From Chrysomallon squamiferum (Eukaryota > Animalia > Mollusca): a stretch of DNA of 64,000 bases. The notes beneath the pieces are model-generated. The model was not told the origin of the DNA and searched no databases. It saw nothing but the letters and a program-made list of their open reading frames with translations. The first letter of the stretch is position 1. Each line of letters opens with the position of its first letter. The stretch covers positions 15,624,001 through 15,688,000 of the forward strand of contig CM022667.1 in assembly GCA_012295275.1 (NCBI GenBank), in the 5' to 3' direction. A program made the position numbers and the translations under genes. Shown piece after piece: positions 39,809 to 55,695 of the stretch.

Positions 39809-41440
39809 GTGATGTTTTTGGTAAAGTTATTTTGCAAAACTTCTGTTGCAGAGAGACTGTAGTTTATCAAACTTAATTTTGATCTGAAATTGCGGTTTTA
39901 AACTAATTATTAAGCAGAATATTTACGAATTTTAAAAGTACATTATATTTTACATCATTTGACGAACTTCTGAAGTTTTACTGTATTTAAATTCATTATT
40001 TGATGTATTTGTAATGACATAAAAATTATTCAGTATCGCTTAAAATTAATTATAAATGGAGCATTAAAAATATATGAAAGCATAATGTAAGCACAGATCT
40101 TTATTTTTACTGACGTAACTATAACAACTGAACTCAAATAATAATTATTTATAAATTCGTGGAATTTTATGTTGTTTGTTATTTTTATTTATTTATTTAT
40201 ATTGTAGCTTTGGTTATTTTTTTATTTAATATTTTTTTTTTTTTTTTTTTTTTTATTACTTTAAATGAATAATATCAAGAAATTATAGTTAACATCAGTT
40301 AATATATAACAGTTAATTTCATTTTCTTCATAATACCATGATATATTTTATTTTAATTTATTAATTATATCAAGTTATAATTTACTTTCAGTTCAATTAT
40401 AACTGTGAATTTATTTAAAGTATCAGCTAATCAGTAAATTAAAACTATAATTTATTTTCTGTAGTTGATTAATTACATTAATATTACTCAGATCGATTTT
40501 CTGAAAGAGTAATGTTTTATATCTACAGTTAATGTTTTATATCTACAATTAATGTTGGTATCCTTAAATGTTCACGAAAGAAAATATATAAAACAATAAA
40601 TTCAGTTAAAATAATACAAACTTTTCTGAGTATTAATAATCTTCATAATTTACTGAATATTTTTAATACATTTTAAGTCGTGATCAAATTTACCCTTCTT
40701 TTTTCTAATATATATATATACTACATATATATATATTTAAATTCCCCACCAGTAAAGAAAAATATTTCTTATTTCTTAATATCTATTTATTTTAATTATG
40801 ACAACTAAAGGAACACATCAACATACACCTTCAAATATAAATCATACATAGACTTGCTACGTGCATACATTTTGTAATTACATTTTATTAATTAATGTTT
40901 ATATTACGAAAATAATCCAAATAACTTTTTATGGAATTCACGTAACATCAATCTATTTATTAACAAATAAAATTTATAATTTAATAATAATAATAATAAT
41001 AATAATCATTATAAATTATAAACATTTCTTTTTTATCTGTAACCCATAATATAAATAAATAAAATCTTCATAATCAGATGAAATCACCTAACGCTATGTT
41101 GTTAAGCTAATGAATACAATTCAGAATTTAAGGAATTTAGTTAGTATTAATTATTACCATTACAAAAGTTTAATAAATCTGATTACAGGTGTCAGTGTGA
41201 TTAAATATATAAGCCACATTCAGTAAATTCAGTTAGACATTCCTCATAATTCTGTGACGTTTTTATTTAGTGAATTTAGTTAGACAGTTGTTATAATTCT
41301 TCTAGGAAGTTACTGAGTTAATTTAGTAAAACAGTTATAAATCAGTGAAATATTCAATTAAAATATTATTTTTAAAGTTTTATGTTTGAAGGTGTTAACA
41401 CATTATTTATTTTATCTTTTCAACAATTTAAAATTAAAAA

Positions 41441-41532
<92 letters not shown>

Positions 41533-42196
41533 CTTATCTTAACTGTATATTTTTCACTTTAATATAGTTTATATTTCATATACCAAATATCTTTATTTGC
41601 TAAATATACGAATAGAAATTATAAGTTTTGGGCTGCAAGCAAAGCCCAACCCATAAAAAAAAAAATAATAATAAAAACGATAGATAATTTTAAACCAATA
41701 CAGTTAATAATCAGACTAATTCGTTGCTCCAGGCTGTTATTTTATTATTGTATTTTTGGGTTTTTTTGCTGACAAAGTTTGGTCGCCACATTTCAACATA
41801 TAATTAATAAAAACGACGACACTGACGACAAAGTGAGGGTTGTTGTCGCGTTACAAAAACAACGACATCAACAGGTTGTCAGAGTTTGAAAAGGAAACAA
41901 GTTATTAGTATTGTCATTATTAGATTATGCTGGACAATAACCCCGACAAAAGGGCGGTTCCATATGGGTCACTGGGGTGGGTGTTAGCTAATTAAACTCA
42001 TTTTTCTTTCTACTTTTTTTACGCACAGACACACACCGTGTTTAGAATAATGATAAAGCGGCATTAAAATTAAAAGTTTTACTCTACAAATATTGATAAA
42101 AAAAATTATATAGAAATGTATGTAACTTCAAATTAATCTTTTTTATTAATTATTTATTTGTTGTGCATATAAAATTGATATATCATCATCATCATA

Positions 42197-42230
<34 letters not shown>

Positions 42231-42309
42231 TGTTATTATTGTTATGTTACAGCACCTGTACTAACACAAGCAGTGTTAGTAGTAATATTAATAGTTATAA
42301 TACTAATAT

Positions 42310-42540
42310 TAGTAGTAATAGTAATAATAGTAACAATAGTAGTAATAGTCGTAGCAGCAGCACTTCAAGAGAAGTGGTAATAATGTTAGTAGTAATAGTA
42401 ATAATAGTAACAATAGTAGTAATAGTCGTAGCAGCAGCACTTCAAGAGAAGTGGTAATAATGTTAGTAGTAATAGTAATAATAGTAACACTAGTAGTAAT
42501 AGTCGTAGCAGCAGCACTTCAAGGTAATAATGTTAGTAGC
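42310..42540. repeat. 77-bp tandem repeat, about three copies, built on (AGT/AAT)n
   Basis: gtcgtagcagcagcacttcaag recurs with its C at 42350, 42427 and 42504. Confidence 0.88.
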
Positions 42541-43002
42541 AGAGAACCAAGAAAAAGAAATAGCAAATGAGTATATAAATGAAAGTTTGATGAAGTTTTT
42601 CTTATGTATAAAAGTTTTGAGACCAGCTAAAAAAATAAATAAATGTTTGCATAATAATAATTAATAATAAAATAATATCATTATCAGTTAATAAACAAAT
42701 AAGATAGTGGTGTCTATTTTATTCAAGTTTCCTTAGTTCAGTTTTGTTTGATTAGTTAAAAATAAATTAAGTATTTTAAAAATTGTTTATATAATCGTGA
42801 CAATGAATTGGCGAAGAAAAAAAAATAAGTTGTGTTTGTTTGAATTTTTAAAAAGGAAAATAAAAGAAATGGTTCGTGTTTTTATACAAAAGTCCATAAG
42901 GTACTGGCATAGAGGAAATTAAATTTAAAGAAAAAAAAATTATATAATAAAATAATTTAATGTAAAAATAAGAAAGAAAAAGAAGAAATTAAAAAAAAAG
43001 TA

Positions 43003-43040
<38 letters not shown>

Positions 43041-43082
43041 AACAAGAAAAACAAACAACGTAAACGATATCTATTAACAAGA

Positions 43083-43120
<38 letters not shown>

Positions 43121-43692
43121 CAATTTCATTTAACACCGATCCAAAACAACAGACCGGTGTAGCATAAAAAACATACCTTATGAAGTAAAATCCGGGATTA
43201 TGCAGAACAAGCTTATTACATCCATCTAAGCAGGAAGCCCCGCGCGGATTGTTATATACTCTGCCATGCACGCTCACACGAGTGTACGTAATTATATCCT
43301 GACTAGAGACGGCCCTAACTCTAACATGAATGGCGGGAGCAATTTTATAGCCTGGCTTTTCCTACACTTGTCAATATAGTTAATTATAATAATGGCAATA
43401 GACACATCAGCGTTATCTGGAAGCGAGTTCAGTTTATAACTAGTTGAGTTTTGTTTTATGTTGTAAACAGACTCTGCGGCTTCTCTGTCGATTTAACGTT
43501 ATTTCTGTTCAAACATCCATTTACTTGTCTTTAAGACAATAGACACGCTAACTGTTATAATGCAGACTTACTCTTTTTAAGACAGAAAAGTACATACACT
43601 AGCTTTGATCATGTAGGTATACTACACACTAAACAGATACACTGTTATTGCTCATGTAAGCATACTATTTAATTAATTAATTAATTTAATTA

Positions 43693-43753
<61 letters not shown>

Positions 43754-44205
43754 TGTTTTATTTTTTATTTTTTTTTTAAAATAATAGATACATTAGCTTT
43801 GATCATTAAAGCTCTCTATTTACAATGTGTTGGTGCCTATGCACATTTCAGTGTACTTCAAATACATACAAGTATTTTGCCATTTTTTTAAGGCGAAACT
43901 AAAGCAAAGAAGATTTAAAGATCAGCAATTACATGGATCGCGTACTGTGACTGATGTCTTCACGATTCTCTAAGGGCATTCATTTTATATATATATATCA
44001 CTGTTAGGTTGAAACTAGTTCGTTGCAGTCGTATGTTAGTACTGTCACTGACAAGAGAAACGTTATGTTATAATAAGAATTTCAAATATCTTTATCACGT
44101 AGAAAATAAATAAATAATAAATAAATAAATAAATACTGACGTTAGAAAATAGAAAATTATTTACGTGTGTGTGTGGTGTGGACATGTGTTAATCTAACTA
44201 TCTAC

Positions 44206-44267
<62 letters not shown>

Positions 44268-44382
44268 GTCTGTCTGTCTGTCTGTCAGTCTGTCTACATA
44301 TAAAACTTTAGCATCAGTAACACTATTAAAACATTTAAATGTTATGATAATAGACATAACACATATACACAGCACACACACA

Positions 44383-44488
<106 letters not shown>

Positions 44489-45395
44489 TTTAAAGAGATG
44501 TATCTGGTGATCTAAATCAATTACTACCGAGGCGTTTAAACAGACGGCAGTCGGCTCAAAGGGTTAACGGCAATTATCATACGATAAATTCCTTATCACG
44601 GCTCATGACAACAGACTGTTCCATAACGGCAATAATCCGGGATTTGCTAAGGCGTTATATAAACAGTATTCCCCTTATGCAACGACCTGGATCAGGTGCG
44701 TTTAATGAGAAACGAAAACTTTATCAAAGATTCCCGGAACGGATTTATAGGGTCGTTAAAAAGTTAATTACACCGGTTACGTAAACGTCAGAAGGGAACG
44801 CGACGCTAAGTAAGAACGTCGCACGCGACAGCGCGTGCTATTACCAGATCAGAAGTCAATTCGTGAACACGAGATGATGTTGTATTAATCGATGGTATCC
44901 ATTTGTAATGTAAATTAAAAGTGGCCAAGCATAAATTTCACAGATTGAAACGGGCCTATTAGAAATAATGCAGAGCCATTTCAGGCGCCGGTTGGCTGTC
45001 CAGTGAAGCGAGAAGTGTGGTTACAGTATTTTAGTACATACCAAGGCCAGACTCACTAATGTTGAAAGTTACGTTCTTAAGACTAAAGTCTGATAATAAG
45101 AACTGATTTTCGAATTAAATTACTGCCAAACATAAACTTTTCTTACGAAGAATAAAAAGGAGAATTGCTTATGCCGTATCATGTCACAGTGTCATCGTAT
45201 CTGATTGAAATAAAATTACATAAAATTGATATAATATCGTTTCGTGTCATATGAAAAAAAAATAATGTACCATATAATATTATTATAAAAAATATTATTA
45301 TGTTATAACATTTTCATGACGAACCGGTGAAACGTTTTATAGTAATCCATTAGAAAAAAGTAACCAGGAATTAAAATACTACTGCTACTGACTGA

Positions 45396-45452
<57 letters not shown>

Positions 45453-45940
45453 AACTACTACTACTACTACTACTAATAATAATAATAATGGTGGTGGTGG
45501 TGGTGGACATTCATCTCACGGTCCATTGCGAGGTTTCTTCCAGCTGGCCTCTCTTTGACGTACATAATGAGACCTTATCATGGCTAGTTGATTTGTTATT
45601 ATTAATAGAAACAGACAGGAAACAGGACTAATTCATCGACTTTTCTCATATTAGACCATAAAGGGTTAAACGGAAATTACTCCTTGCAACTGCGCCCCAG
45701 GCTGTGAGCTTTACCAGCCTGGTGAATTGTGCTCTCTCGTAGTAAAATGAAATGTACTCGAACCGTATTTAATCTCGTTTCGTGGACTCGATAGCTGGCC
45801 GTTTCAGATTCGTCCACGTATTTCGTACTTAAACCAGTGAACTGCACTTGATTAATAGAGACAGATAGAGAGAAAGAAAAAGAGAGAGAGACACACACAC
45901 AGATAGAAAGAGGGAGGCAAAGATATAGAGACATATCGTG

Positions 45941-46044
<104 letters not shown>

Positions 46045-48476
46045 TAACAACACGTGTATGTACTTCTGATTCGTAAAAAAGGCGTGGTCTGCAACGAGTT
46101 TATTTTCGTCTTGTTCTTCAGCTACAGAATTACTCGGATACAGTGGAAAACATTACACCATATTGTAAAAGACCATAGGGAATCCAAGACATAATAAACT
46201 CATGTGTGAGACCCTCCGGAGATGAAAAGGTGGTGACTTGGTGTAGCAATAAAATGCCAGAAACTCCGTCTTTTCATCAGAACCATCGCAGAAATGTCAG
46301 AGATACAGCAGAGTATTTACCAGAATTACTGCCACCTTTACAGAGAAACAGTTGTTGGTAACCTCGCTGTTTATATATCTACGTCTTTAAAAGTTTAAGT
46401 GAAAACGCCGAAGACAGTTTATGTCATGGTCTTAAAAACCTCAAATCAAGGCCTCTAAAATGATTACAACCAGGCTTCTCTGCAATTTAGTTTTAGGCCT
46501 TAACAGTCATTAGATAATAATGGCTTTAAGCGTAGTTTGGACCTTCATGAATACATGTATTACATTTAGATATATTAGATATTCAATAGAGAAATCTAGG
46601 TTTTTATTAGTAATGATCAAGTTTTTAACTATTAAGATCAAGGGCCCGAAAAAAGAATTTAGCTTTATGCCTTTACAATACTTTATATCAAGATATTAAC
46701 AGTTAAGATGTTTTATCTTAAAAAGTTCAGTTCTCGTTCATGAACATATTTATTTCAAGACTTTAAAATTCTGTCATTTATATAAATATTTTATTCATTC
46801 ACGAAAAAACAAAACCCAAAGAAAAGAGATTTGGTCAGTGTAGATCTAAACAGTTTAGTTTATCATTAAGAGAGAAACAGTTGTTTAAAAAAGATAACGA
46901 ACACAGAAAATAGACTGGTTTAATTCCGCTACTGACCGAATATTAAAGATAATAAAAGGCGGTTAACCAACAGATGCGATAAGTCTAAAACAAGAGCGCG
47001 TTCAATAGTTACAAAACAGTTGCCATTTTCCGAGTTAATGGAAATATTCTACAGATAACAGATATTTTTGTTCTCTATCTATACTACTTCTATTACTACT
47101 ACTAGAAAAACAATTAAATGAATATAAAGTCCAACAACGTGTTTTGTTTCAGTAGTTTTCGTTATAATTACTTCTCCACCAAGATTACAAAATTTCGCCA
47201 AAACTATTTCTTTGAATACACTTTTTTATTTATTTATTTTTTATTTTTTATTTATTTTTATTTTTTGACGTCCACCAGTTACGGCTCAAAAAGTAAACCC
47301 AATTCGCTATATTTACCAGAATTAAAAATTATGCAATTTATTTTTACGAGAAAATCATTCGAAACTTCCAAGAAAACCCCCACATTTTAACCAAAGTAAA
47401 CATGTCTTCAAAGTCGTTACGTCCTCGGTAATTGCCGTACTCCGTCGACATTCACATCGGGTCAACTCGGAAGCAATCTATTTTCCGCTAAAACGGCCAC
47501 CTAAATGCGCCATGGCGGCATCACTCGTAGATGCGTTCATATTTTACGACTTACAGACAGTCATTTTGTGAGTTTTGTGAAAATAATTTCGCTATAATGG
47601 ACTGCACACGAATAGATGAAGTGATTACGTCGGCCAAAAACTAAGTTTATTCGAGAATTAACTTAACACTGCTTTGTAATGGGCTTGGGTAAATGTGACG
47701 AAATGTGATAGGGAGGCAGACTCCATCAGAAACCAAGTCTCGTGAGATCAAATCGTCTAGACTGTCTTTCTCCTCCCTTCTCTCTCTCTCACTCACACAC
47801 ACACGCACACATTTACACAAATATTACCCTGACCAATTATTATTAATAATTTTGTTTCATAACAAATTTTTTAATGATCTGAAAGTTATCAAATTACTTC
47901 CATAGTCTTTACTGAAATTTCCACGGTTCACCCCCTTACTATTCAATGGACCATCTCCTTTAATTATGACCTCGAAAGCTTCTAAAACACAGTTTCCTTC
48001 AAATCGACGTATTATGCAAGTTAATGAATATTAATGGCATCTATTGGTAATCTTTATTCATGAATCTTGGCGACATTTATTTAATAAATGTATGAAAACG
48101 GCTTTCCGGCATAATCGCTGTTTCTTGTTAATAGATTTAAAAAAAAAATAAAAAAAAAAAAAAAAAAAAAAAATTTAAAAAAAAGAATGATTATTGACAG
48201 TAAAAACAAACGAGAAAAAACAAAAGAAAGAAAAATAAACTGACATCCATTTGGTTATATTTACTAAAGTAGAAAATCTTTTTCGTCAACAGTAATAAAA
48301 TTCAGATTTTTTGAGTGGAGAATGGGGTATGGGTGTTATAATGAAACAAATTAATAATAATAGTAATAATAACAATAATTATAATTATAATAATAATCAA
48401 CTGGTTCATAAATCAATTAATTGTAAAATTAATCAAATTTACTTTGAGCAAAAAAACTAAATTAAATTAATCCTAT

Positions 48477-48939
48477 AACTGATAACTAGAAGCATTTTTT
48501 GAAAGTTTTAAAAGTTGCAACAAGCATCAAAGAACAAAAGGAAGTGAGGCGTGCGCATGTCATTACATCCGTGGATGTTTATTTCACGACCGATTGAAAC
48601 TGACAAGAAGTAAATCGATTGTATCCGAAGTTGAACGAAAAGTGTCTGTAACTTTGTTAAACAAACACGTGCTCGCGTGCATAGCAGCCAGTTAGATAAA
48701 AACTGGGATACGTGGAAATGTCGGACTGGACTGAAATTTGTGATGGAGAAGAAAAATATGTCGAACGGATTGAATAAATGAAAAATATGTGAAAAAAGCA
48801 AAAAAAAAAAGTAAAAAGAAAGAAAAGGAAAAGGTTACATCCAAAAATGAAAGTTATAAACAAGACAAATTCAGTAACATAAAAATAATAAATAAATAAT
48901 TAAATAATATTCTTTTAATAATAATAATAATAATAATAA

Positions 48940-48970
<31 letters not shown>

Positions 48971-49451
48971 AAGAAGAAAGAAAGAAAGAAAGAATTAAAG
49001 AAAACAAACAAACAAATAAAAGAACCCATCGACGAACCATAGTTAAAGGGGATCTGTGACGATGCGAATAAATGGTCTGATACAATTATTCATACTTGTA
49101 AATTATTGTTTTATTGTTTTGGGCGATCTGTCATAACAAGAAAGACAGTAAAATGATACTAATACGAAACATATGAATGACAAAATTATATTTTTCAAAA
49201 CTGAAGTCATGACGTCATAGCAATCAAGCAATAATATATATTGTTATAATGTTTTTTTTTTAAATAATTGTGCTAACTGGTACATAACTTCACTGTAAGC
49301 AAAGTATCTCATGATATCACTTTTTAAGGTAAAATAAATCGCTAAGAAGTTTGTCTGTGTGTGGGTAATCTAGTATTATTTAACACCTTTTTTTCAACTG
49401 TATTTCATTCAAAAATTATGTCTTATTCATTATAATGTTTAAGTTTCAGTA

Positions 49452-49538
<87 letters not shown>

Positions 49539-50462
49539 AAATCTGTTTTTCTTGGCATCTTCGTATCTCTTATAAATGAATAACAAAATGGAAACACGTC
49601 TAAATGGAAATAAGAGTCAATTTGGGGTGAAATTACGAGTAAATATCTGGTTTTCGTTATACTGTCGTAAAATCAAACATATATTTCACATAAAAATGAG
49701 GGTAAAAAAAATTAGGAAAAAAATTGAATCTAAAAATAACGAAAGAAAGAAAAGAAAAAAAGAGAACGGAATAATGAAATAATAAACTTGACTATTATTA
49801 TAACTGTTGTTGTTGTTATTATTATATTATTATTATTATTTATTTTGCTTTGTTTTTCCTATACAGACTCTTTTGTTCCATTTCCACATGTTCTATGACA
49901 CAAATAAAGAGTCTGTAAATGGAAATCCAAAACTCCACTTTCTTAATATTATAATTTCCAGTTCTAGCTGGTGCTCCGTTATTATGTTATTAAATGACTG
50001 ATTCGATATCTGTATGAATATGATTATTGAGCCAGGCGCAAGTCATTATAAGCGTGGATGTCTGTTTCACAGTCGAGTGAATCTGACAACTAGTGAATCA
50101 ATTAAATAATTATGACGTTATACAACAAAGGAAAAAACAAAATAAAAAATGTCTGTAACTTTGTAAAACAAACAGATGCTCTCACGCTACAATCCATATT
50201 TAGCACATGAAAATGAGAAATTAATAAAAATCAGAGACAGAGAGATATGTTGTTTAAATAAATTCTTAATAAAATAACAACAATATAAAATAATATGTGT
50301 TTTGTGTGTGTGTGTGTGTGAAATAACTATAATATATATAACCAAATTAGTTCAAACTGATAATTAGAACACTTATTAAAAGTTTTAAAACATGCAGCAA
50401 CCATCAAAGAACTAAAGGAAGTGAGGAGTTTGTTTATTTGACGACCGACTGAAACTGATAAC
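48477..50462. repeat. Dispersed local duplication in two blocks (A: 48477-48605 and 50356-50462; B: 48643-48676 and 50151-50186)
   Basis: Block A copies share catcaaagaac(a/t)aaaggaagtgagg and tgtttattt(c/g)acgaccga(t/c)tgaaactga. Block B copies share gtctgtaactttgt(t/a)aaacaaaca. Confidence 0.8.
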
Positions 50463-50863
50463 TCGTAAATAAATAATTTATATTGTTTTCAAAACCTAGT
50501 TTTTAATTTTCAGATACCCACTTTCACTTATACAGCGCTCTCATCCACTGAGTACTCACCCCTGTACACGTTCTTTAGATGTTGCACGTTCTGACCTAAG
50601 CAAGTTCATGTAACATAAACATTTATCGTTTAGTTAGTGGTTATACATATCACGTTAACACGTTTAATTAGCCCGGGATGTGTCGTTTACGTTTTAACCC
50701 GCGTTAATATCATAACAAACGCCGTAATGTGATGTAAAACAGACTTACACGCAAGAGATCTCGGAAACGGAAGTTCATTTGCTGTTTATAAACAAGCTAA
50801 CTCAGTCGCGAATACACGTGGAAGGGTATGGAAGGGAGTGCAAACTAATCTATAAATGTATGA

Positions 50864-50895
<32 letters not shown>

Positions 50896-51377
50896 TCACA
50901 CGAACACCTACGTAAACACAGATATGTTTTCACTTCAAAAATGAGTAACATTTCTGCCTTCAAATCACTGGAATTTTCGATCAACTCCGACATTCATGTC
51001 TACCTACCAACACCTACGTCAAAAAAAAAAAAAAAAAGGCTGGGCCTACCTTGTTATGCATTTGAACTGAAGCGATACCGTACACACATCTACAGCTACG
51101 TTCACGATTATTTATATGGAACCGTCACGCAGCGTTTGAAGCCTGCAACAGATGGTCAAGCGTTTCTTTCTAATTGATTTTAAATTGTTTTATTCTGGAT
51201 GATCACTACCTCTAGATATAAGGATTAAATTTCTCTGGTCTGAGTTGGTGTGAGATGATTTCGAGTTTTACCTTATCAGTATAATAAAGGAATCTGGGTT
51301 ATAGGAATTTATTTCTTTATCATTTCATTATCAGCAACATTGTCAGTACAGACTTAGTATGAATCTCTCTCTAGTAC

Positions 51378-51521
<144 letters not shown>

Positions 51522-51825
51522 GCACCTCTTTCAACACGATTATTTGTTACCTAAACAGTCGTTTAGTAATACATCTTTTTTTTCAACAGGTGCATTAAGT
51601 TCTTAGGAGGGTATCAAATGTCACAAAAGAAACTATTAGCTGTCGAAAAATATAGCAATTTAAATACTGATTTAAAATAAACAGTCTGCTCATATATCAA
51701 TTTAGTCGTATACATACGTATACAAATATAATGGTATACAAACACACACATATACTCATGCACATGTATAGACATGCATTTTTGATTTAATTTAATTTAA
51801 TGAATTTAATTTATTTATTTATTTA

Positions 51826-51877
<52 letters not shown>

Positions 51878-53276
51878 TCAGTAAAACGTATCTCTACATG
51901 TTATCGACAGTTTAATTAATGTTGATAACGTGTTTCAGGACGCACTTCAGTAAATATACATCACTACCTTAACTAAGTGTAAAGGAACATTTTTCGCCCC
52001 ATCTATCATCATTCTTTTCACTACTTGGGTACCAGGCTGTAATATATTATCACCAGCATCTTCTTCTTGTTCTCGTTTTTTTTTTTTTTTTTTTTTTTTC
52101 CCCGGGCATGTTTGGCACCTGGCTCATACTTGCCATAGTTGAAGATTTCTTTCTCCTTTGTCTGAACACGTGTTGGAGCTTGGAGTGATAAATAATAAAT
52201 GAAATTATCTTTTTTACCCCCAGTCTGTCTCTCTCTGTGTGCGAGTAATTTCTCCAGTAAATTTATGTGCTCTGATTAAAACATTACTGAAAATATTCCC
52301 CATGTTGTTCTGTGTTGTGTGTTTCCCGTTGAGCAGATTCGTATTCGATTAGTTCCAGTATTTTCGTTCTGTGGTTTTTTTCCTTTTCGCTAATTAGAAT
52401 AATTATTTTAAACTCGTTTCCATTTACGTTACAATATTTTTAAAATATTCCATTTAGATTATGGATTCTGTCTGCAAATTTTTGAATCTTTATTTGAATT
52501 TGTTCAATATTTCATTTACAACTTCACAAATCATAAATCATATTTTTTTAAATGTTTCATTATAGTATTCCGAAGTAAAACCATTAATCTTTATTCCCAG
52601 TATTGAAACTGTTTTAATTTTTAATATATTCTTTATGTGTGTGTCATCATTGAATTTAAATTATTGAGTATATTTCATTCAGTTTTTGGCAAAGAATTTG
52701 TCTTGACCATTTCTTCGATTTTGAAAACCATCTATTTTTATTTTAAAAAAAAATTCTTTATCTGCTGTTTCCTTCCTTCATATTATTATTATTTTTAAAT
52801 AATTACTTTAATTTTCCCTTTTCTTAATAATAATAATAATAATAATAATTGTTGTTGTTATTATTATATATTTTTTATAATTACTATTGTCATATCATAT
52901 GAAAATCATAAACATACAAATGCACGTAACAGCAGTATTAAATAAGCTGTCGGCATGATGAAGTATTTAATTAGAAATTGCAAATGCGGAAAAATATTTT
53001 GACTACATCTTATGTGATTCTATCTAATTATATTTCTGTTATTCTAATATATTTATCATCATCATCATCATCTTCTGCTTCTTTGTAGAACCCAGGCTGT
53101 TGCTTGCAATATAATTAATTCACATCGATCGTTTAAATAAATATTCATTTATTCGTTTATTCATCCATCCATCCATTTATAAGTATTTGACAATATTCTC
53201 CCCAAAAAATTATCTGTGCACATGCAGCGCAATTATGTTAAATATATTCACTTATTCATGTATTTATCCATACACC

Positions 53277-53382
<106 letters not shown>

Positions 53383-54125
53383 TATGTCACATACACACAC
53401 ACGCACACATTTAAATATCAATGATACATATGACAACTACTGCACTCGGTATCATTACAAAACGATGGACGCGAGAGCAAAAAAAACAAACAAAAAAAAC
53501 AAATATTAACACAGACTATAATTTCAACAACACCGTCATCAAAATAAACATCAACACGTCAACAGTGATACCATCATTTCAGCAACTCTGTCACCAGCAC
53601 GGCATTATTTAATCAGAAATCGTCCAGGCGAGACATTTCTGTGTCTCACTCCCGTCTCTCTGTCCAAAGTTGCCCACACTTCTGTCCCCACCTCTCCGCC
53701 ATCTTTGTTGACAAGGCAATCAATTTCTGTCAGTTCCGGTGGAGCACGTGCTAATATGAGTTCAGCCGGAGAACACCGGGAACGAGAAGGCGGTAGGGAA
53801 ATTGACACATGAAATTTATCATCGCTGGTCAAAGGTTATTTTAATAACGAGACACGTGACGGGTCGGGTATCGTTTGTAGACGCGAGTTTACAGTTTGGG
53901 ATGTAACAGGTTCGACGAAAATGATAGTTTGATACCTTTAACATTTCGAAACAGATGAAATATTAATGTTTGTTGTTGTTGCAATACAAATATTAGAAGT
54001 TATGAAATGTGGCCAGATAATATGTGCAGAAGTTATTTATTTATTTATTTATTTATTATTATTTTTTTATTTTAAAATTTAAAATTTTTTTTTTTTTAGC
54101 AATATGTTATGCATAACTGAAAGGG

Positions 54126-54178
<53 letters not shown>

Positions 54179-54468
54179 CTGTTTTTCGACTTCTCTCTTC
54201 AACACCATGGAATGTATTTACCGTCTATGGGAAGGTAGATATAAATAATCCCTTATTGCTAATCGATTTGGAAAGGCCGATCTCATTATGTGTGTGGTCC
54301 TTATGCATTACAGACCACAAATGTGTTGAATACATCTTTAAACAAAATCTTTTATTATTATTATTATTATTGTTGTTGTTGTTGTTGTTATTGTTAATAT
54401 TATTATTGTTGTTGTTATTGTTATTTTGTTTTTGTTTATATATATATATATACCCAAGTCAATACAAA

Positions 54469-54504
<36 letters not shown>

Positions 54505-55065
54505 TTTTCATCCTAATGTAACTATCTGAAGCTGAGCCAATAAAAATAATCAACACACACTGCCCATTTCCAATCATATTTTAAAATCAAAATGCCATGA
54601 TTTATTACTGTTGTATTTCAATTTTTTTTTTAAATTAAATTTTTATCGCTCTTTTTTTCATTTTTTTTCACAGCTTTTAGGTCCCAGAAGGGCAGACGCT
54701 AGTAAATCTATGAATTTCGTTCATAAACGTAACAGACCGACAATTTTTTAATATATATTTTTTTGGACCATAAATATGAATTTACGATCACGGTCGACAC
54801 CCCGGCTAAACATTACCATGGATGTTAATCAAACACGCAGGCGCCAAAATTACTCTCTGTGGCGGAATCGCAATCATTTTTCATGGTTTTAATTCGAAAA
54901 GGCATTCGTCCGAAACTGTCTCTGTCTCTAGGCGGGAAAATAGAAGCCAGAAAAAAGAGAAAAATCGTAGCCATAAACATTGTTAAGTTCGATGATAGCA
55001 GAAGAAAAAAAAAAAAAAAAAAAAAAAAAGAAGAAGAAAAAAGGAGATTGCTCACTGGCGCAAGC

Positions 55066-55695
55066 AGTCTAGAGGTTAAATGTTAATTTCGTTTTTTTGT
55101 TATTTACTTTTGTTTGAACAGTCTTGAGGTTAATAATGTCAGTTTCGTGGGTTTTTTTGTGATTATACTTTGAGGTTAAAAATGTTAATTTTCCGTATTT
55201 CTTTTTTGTTTTGTGGTTTCATTTAGTATCGACATAAGTTTAAGTTTAAGTTTAAACAATGTTAATTTCGTTTTTTTGTGGTTTCATTTAGTTTTGAACA
55301 GTCTTGAGGTTAAAAATGTTAATTTCTTTTTCTTTTTTTATGATTTCGTTTAGTTGGAATAGTCATGAGGTTAAAAATGTTCATGTCATTTTTTTATTTA
55401 ATTTTTTTTTTTTTGTGATTTCATTTAGTTTGAACATGCTAGAGGTTAAAAGTATAAATTTCATTTTTTATAATTTCATTTAGTTTGGCTTGATACTTAT
55501 AAATTTGATAAAACCGACCCATGGTTAAAGTTCATTTTTTTTTTTTTCTTCTTTTTTTTTTTTTTTGTGTTATTTCATTTAGTTTTTTAAAAGTATAAAT
55601 TTCATTTTTTATAATTTCATTTTGTTTGTGTGTGTGTGTGTTAAAGTTCATTCTTTTTTTTTTTTTGTGTGTGTGTTTGTGAATTCATTTAGATT
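55066..55695. repeat. Degenerate AT-rich minisatellite, unit about 50-70 bp
   Basis: gaggttaaaaatgttaatttc, T-run and tttcatttagtt recur many times. Confidence 0.8.

Noticed and set aside
53605-53832. GC-rich 75-aa ORF, and similar ORFs at 57574-57876 and 62625-62855
   Set aside because: No recognisable domain and no convincing chain of splice sites. These are more likely non-coding unique islands.
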